64,000 nt of DNA from the human T2T-CHM13v2.0 reference genome, Homo sapiens. Within the stretch, counting starts at the first letter, position 1, and each line of letters opens with the position of its first letter. The stretch lies in NCBI RefSeq assembly GCF_009914755.1, contig NC_060945.1; one strand, 5' to 3'. A program made the position numbers and the translations under genes. The notes beneath the pieces were generated by a model. The model was not told where the DNA came from and ran no database searches. It saw only the letters and a list, made by a program, of their open reading frames with translations. Positions 59,214 through 64,000 of this stretch are shown here, piece after piece.

Positions 59214-59524
59214 TAATCGAGCTAAAACCATAATGAGCTCTGGAATTGCGTAAATAATTTTAAGAAAATAAATCTGTAGAAACTAATGGTTTCTGTTTCA
59301 TTTTTGCCCTCAATCAGCAGCCATTCTATTTCTCTAAGAAATGTGTTTTATTTAAGAGGTCCACTACTGTCAACTATAATCTGTTAAACTATTTCTTTTT
59401 TTTTTTGCACAGCAGATTTGTCATGCTTTGGTTTTATTTTTCTGACGTTTTAATGTGTACTTCTGCAAATGACCAATAAACAAACTAAGAAAGATTTGGT
59501 GACAATTTTGGCATAAAACTCTGA

Positions 59525-59730
59525 AATGGCTTCTCAGCATTGGCTCTACTGGTATTTGCAGTCTGCTCATTTTTTGTTGTAGGGTAGGGGGCTGTCCTAT
59601 GATTGTGGGATGTTTAGAACATCCCTCACCTGTACCCACGAGAGGCCAGTGGTACCCCCTTGCCAGCTGATAACCAAAAATGTCTCCAGACATTGTCAAG
59701 TGGGAAACCCCCAGCTGAGAGCCCCAGTTC
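59525..59730 (+). mobile_element. MER20 hAT DNA transposon
   Basis: GGGGGCTGTCCTATGATTGTGGGATGTTTAG..CATCCCT; ACCAAAAATGTCTCCAGACATTG. Confidence 0.85.
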
Positions 59731-59909
59731 TGAAATGATGAGGCTGTGGAATGGGGAATCTCAGTCACCCAAACTGAAATTTGGGCACCAATATTTCTAG
59801 ACTCCCTGGAAGTTGGAGGACCCACACGTGTGCCTTTCCACGCAAGCCCTGAACCTGTGTGGAAAATGGGAAAACAACCATTGTCTTCATGAGTAGGTCC
59901 TTCTGTACT

Positions 59910-60750
<841 letters not shown>

Positions 60751-60779
60751 TTCATAAAGTAAAAAGCAGAGGGTTACAA

Positions 60780-61090
60780 AATGCACCAATTCTACGAAAA
60801 GACAGTTATCAAAAAGATTTGAATCTGTCATATGGCAGGCCTCATCATGACTGTACTTTTAACATGCTGAAGAGCTCAAGAAATATTTTGAGATGCCTGT
60901 CTTAACTGTAATGTGATACAAAATATGTCTTTGGTGTCTATTGGTTTCAAAGTCACAGGCACTATTCATATTACTGAGCTATGTGGCCTATGTGCGTCAT
61001 TCAAGAAAATCCTCGATTTCAGTTAGAGGGATAGTTGAAATTAAAATGCAAGTTCTCAGACCAAGTTCGCACACCTCCTGAATTCTGAGG
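60780..61090. mobile_element. Old hAT-Charlie-type DNA transposon fossil (family uncertain)
   Basis: AACTGTAATGTGATA...TCTATTGGTTTCAAAGTCACAGG...TTTCAGTTAGAGG motif chain. Confidence 0.5.
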
Positions 61091-61412
61091 CCTTTAAATT
61101 CCAGTGGCTTCCATGTCCCAAGGCAGGAGCTCTTCTTCCCTCACCACGGGGGCTGGCTGGTGCCCCATGCTAGCCAGTTGGAAGCCCCTCCCTGGAGACC
61201 TAGTGAGTTTTCCAGGGATAGGCACTTGACCTGGACCAGACCAATCAGGGTCCTTTCTGGAACTTTCTGACAAATTTCTTAACGTAGATCCTCTCTTTGC
61301 ACAGGGGATATTGTGAGTGTGTTTATTTATTTTTAATTATGAGCTCCGTGCTCCAGAGCAGCTTAGAGGAATGGAGGTGGGAAGCAGGTGCCTCAAAATT
61401 CTAGTCTATCTG

Positions 61413-61708
61413 GGCAAGGCACAGTGGCTCACACCTGTAATCCCAGCCCTTTGGGAGGCAGAGGCAGGTGGATACCTTGAGGTCAGGAGTTCGAGACCAG
61501 CCTGGCCAACATGGTGAAGCCTTGTCTCTACTAAAAATACAAAAATTAGCTGGGCATGGTGACACATGCATGTAGTCCCAGCTACTCAGGAGGCTGAGGT
61601 GGGAGGATCGCTTGAACCTGGTTGGAGGAGGTTGCAGTGAGCTGAGATTGTTCCACTGCACTCCAGCCTGGGCAACAGAGTGAGACTCCATCTTAAAAAA
61701 AAAAAAAA
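61413..61708 (+). mobile_element. AluS
   Basis: Full Alu; TSD AAAATTCT(A/T)GTCT(A/G)TCTG. Confidence 0.96.
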
Positions 61709-61720
61709 TTCTTGTCTGTC

Positions 61721-62584
<864 letters not shown>

Positions 62585-64000
62585 GTCTAAACCTAAAGTC
62601 CATGGTTCACACGTGTTTGTATAAGATGCAGTATACACACACAGAAAGTTTACATTTTTCCCAATGTACAAGCCTGTCATTAATATTTTAATCTCAGGAC
62701 AGCAGGATTAAAAAAAAATAAAGACCTATTGAGAATAACAGAACCTATTGTACGAAATGAACTGATACGGGTTTATTACATGGTAAATACATAGTCCCAT
62801 AAACTGAGTATAACCTACCAAGTAGTTCTGAAGTTCAGTTCCGATCCCTCGGGATAGCTTCTGGAAAGAAGGAAATTTTGAAGCCAAGCACCTTCTTCAC
62901 AATGTCTGTCCTTATTAGGTCAAAAAGACATTACCCTTTGGTAGTTCCTTATGTCATGCTATCACATTTATTATCCCCAGAGCTGTAGCTGTCTGAGGTT
63001 TTGCTACCTATTTCCTACCCACCCACGTGGGGCTGACATTTAGACATTCACTGCCCATCTATAGTTCTTGCATGATACATGGATTTGAATCTCCGCATCT
63101 GACCACCGGTTCCAGCCATGCCAAGCAGATAATGAACCCAAGGATCCAAGAAGAAAGGTTTTTTAATGGATTCAATATTTCTGGTTCACTTGTAGCATCT
63201 GGGAAAAGGTCTCAGGATCCCTGAGGCTGAAACTGAATATTTTGAGCAACTATGCACTAATGAAATAATCAAATCAAAATTAGAACTATTTAGATCATTT
63301 CTGTAGAGACCGTCTGCCTGCTCTCTGATGAAAGCACAGCAGAGGAAAAGTTTCCTTGTAACTTCCTCCCTTTTCATTTTGAGGGTGGGAAGCATGTTTC
63401 AAAGACCCATTAGAGCTTTAAATCAAGGAAAGATAAAAGAATCCACACCTGAATTCTAGGAGGGCTCATTCCAGACACAGAGCTGTTTTCTCCACCAGCA
63501 CTTCATGGTTGGCCCCAAACAGGCTTCAGTTGTTTTTAGTGCCTTGTGCATCTAATTCCAAAGAAATGGCTATTTTATTTGGCTTTTATTCTATTACTCA
63601 TGCAGTGCAACATGTCTGTGCAACCACACATCCAAGAAAGTGAAATATAAGAGATTAAAAACAGATCTGTCTAGTGAACAGGTGTCAAGCATTATCTAAT
63701 AGCAAACTAAATATAAAAACGGAGCCTAATTAGAGTTCTGGCATCTCTCCTGCTGTGGGCTTCACAGCTCTTTAACTCTTGAAGTTGCTTCTCAGATCAA
63801 AGACCAGAATTCATCAACAAAGGGAGGCTGTGATTTCTGTATTTAGGAGGGTGTGCACGTGCATGTGCACATATGGGAAGGGAAGGAAAGAGGGCCTGGG
63901 AAGGGGCAGTTTTGCCAGGCAGTGCCAAAGAGTGAGCTACACTGATGAGAAGTTGCTTTTCTATCAAAGGCATTGAATGAGAATAAAAATAAAATTAAAA

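Overview
Primate (human-like) non-coding DNA made mostly of transposable-element fossils. I found no supportable protein-coding gene, tRNA, rRNA or CRISPR array. The listed ORFs are chance frames or translations of Alu, L1 and LTR sequence. The window holds 19 Alus, long nested L1 blocks (13-14.5 kb and 31.7-44.8 kb), many LTR relics, a decayed ERVL pol/dUTPase remnant, a 7.1-kb MER4-group provirus with both LTRs and an ATAA target-site duplication (TSD), several DNA transposon fossils including a MADE1 hairpin, and a 3'-UTR-only processed retrocopy (30079-31462, minus strand) whose parent I could not identify. The most unusual signal is a set of locally templated insertions and fold-back junctions: a 40/41-bp copy at 13.9 kb, a composite insert with a 41/41-bp copy inside an Alu at 31.0 kb, a three-part insert at 35.8 kb, a fold-back filler at 36.4 kb and a ~280-bp inverted copy at 54.2 kb. 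These look like template-switching repair scars. There is also a repeat-free candidate PBX/MEIS enhancer at ~52.6 kb. I do not see evidence for a new coding system. Repeat subfamily names come from recalled consensus sequences, and boundaries and identities are estimated by eye.
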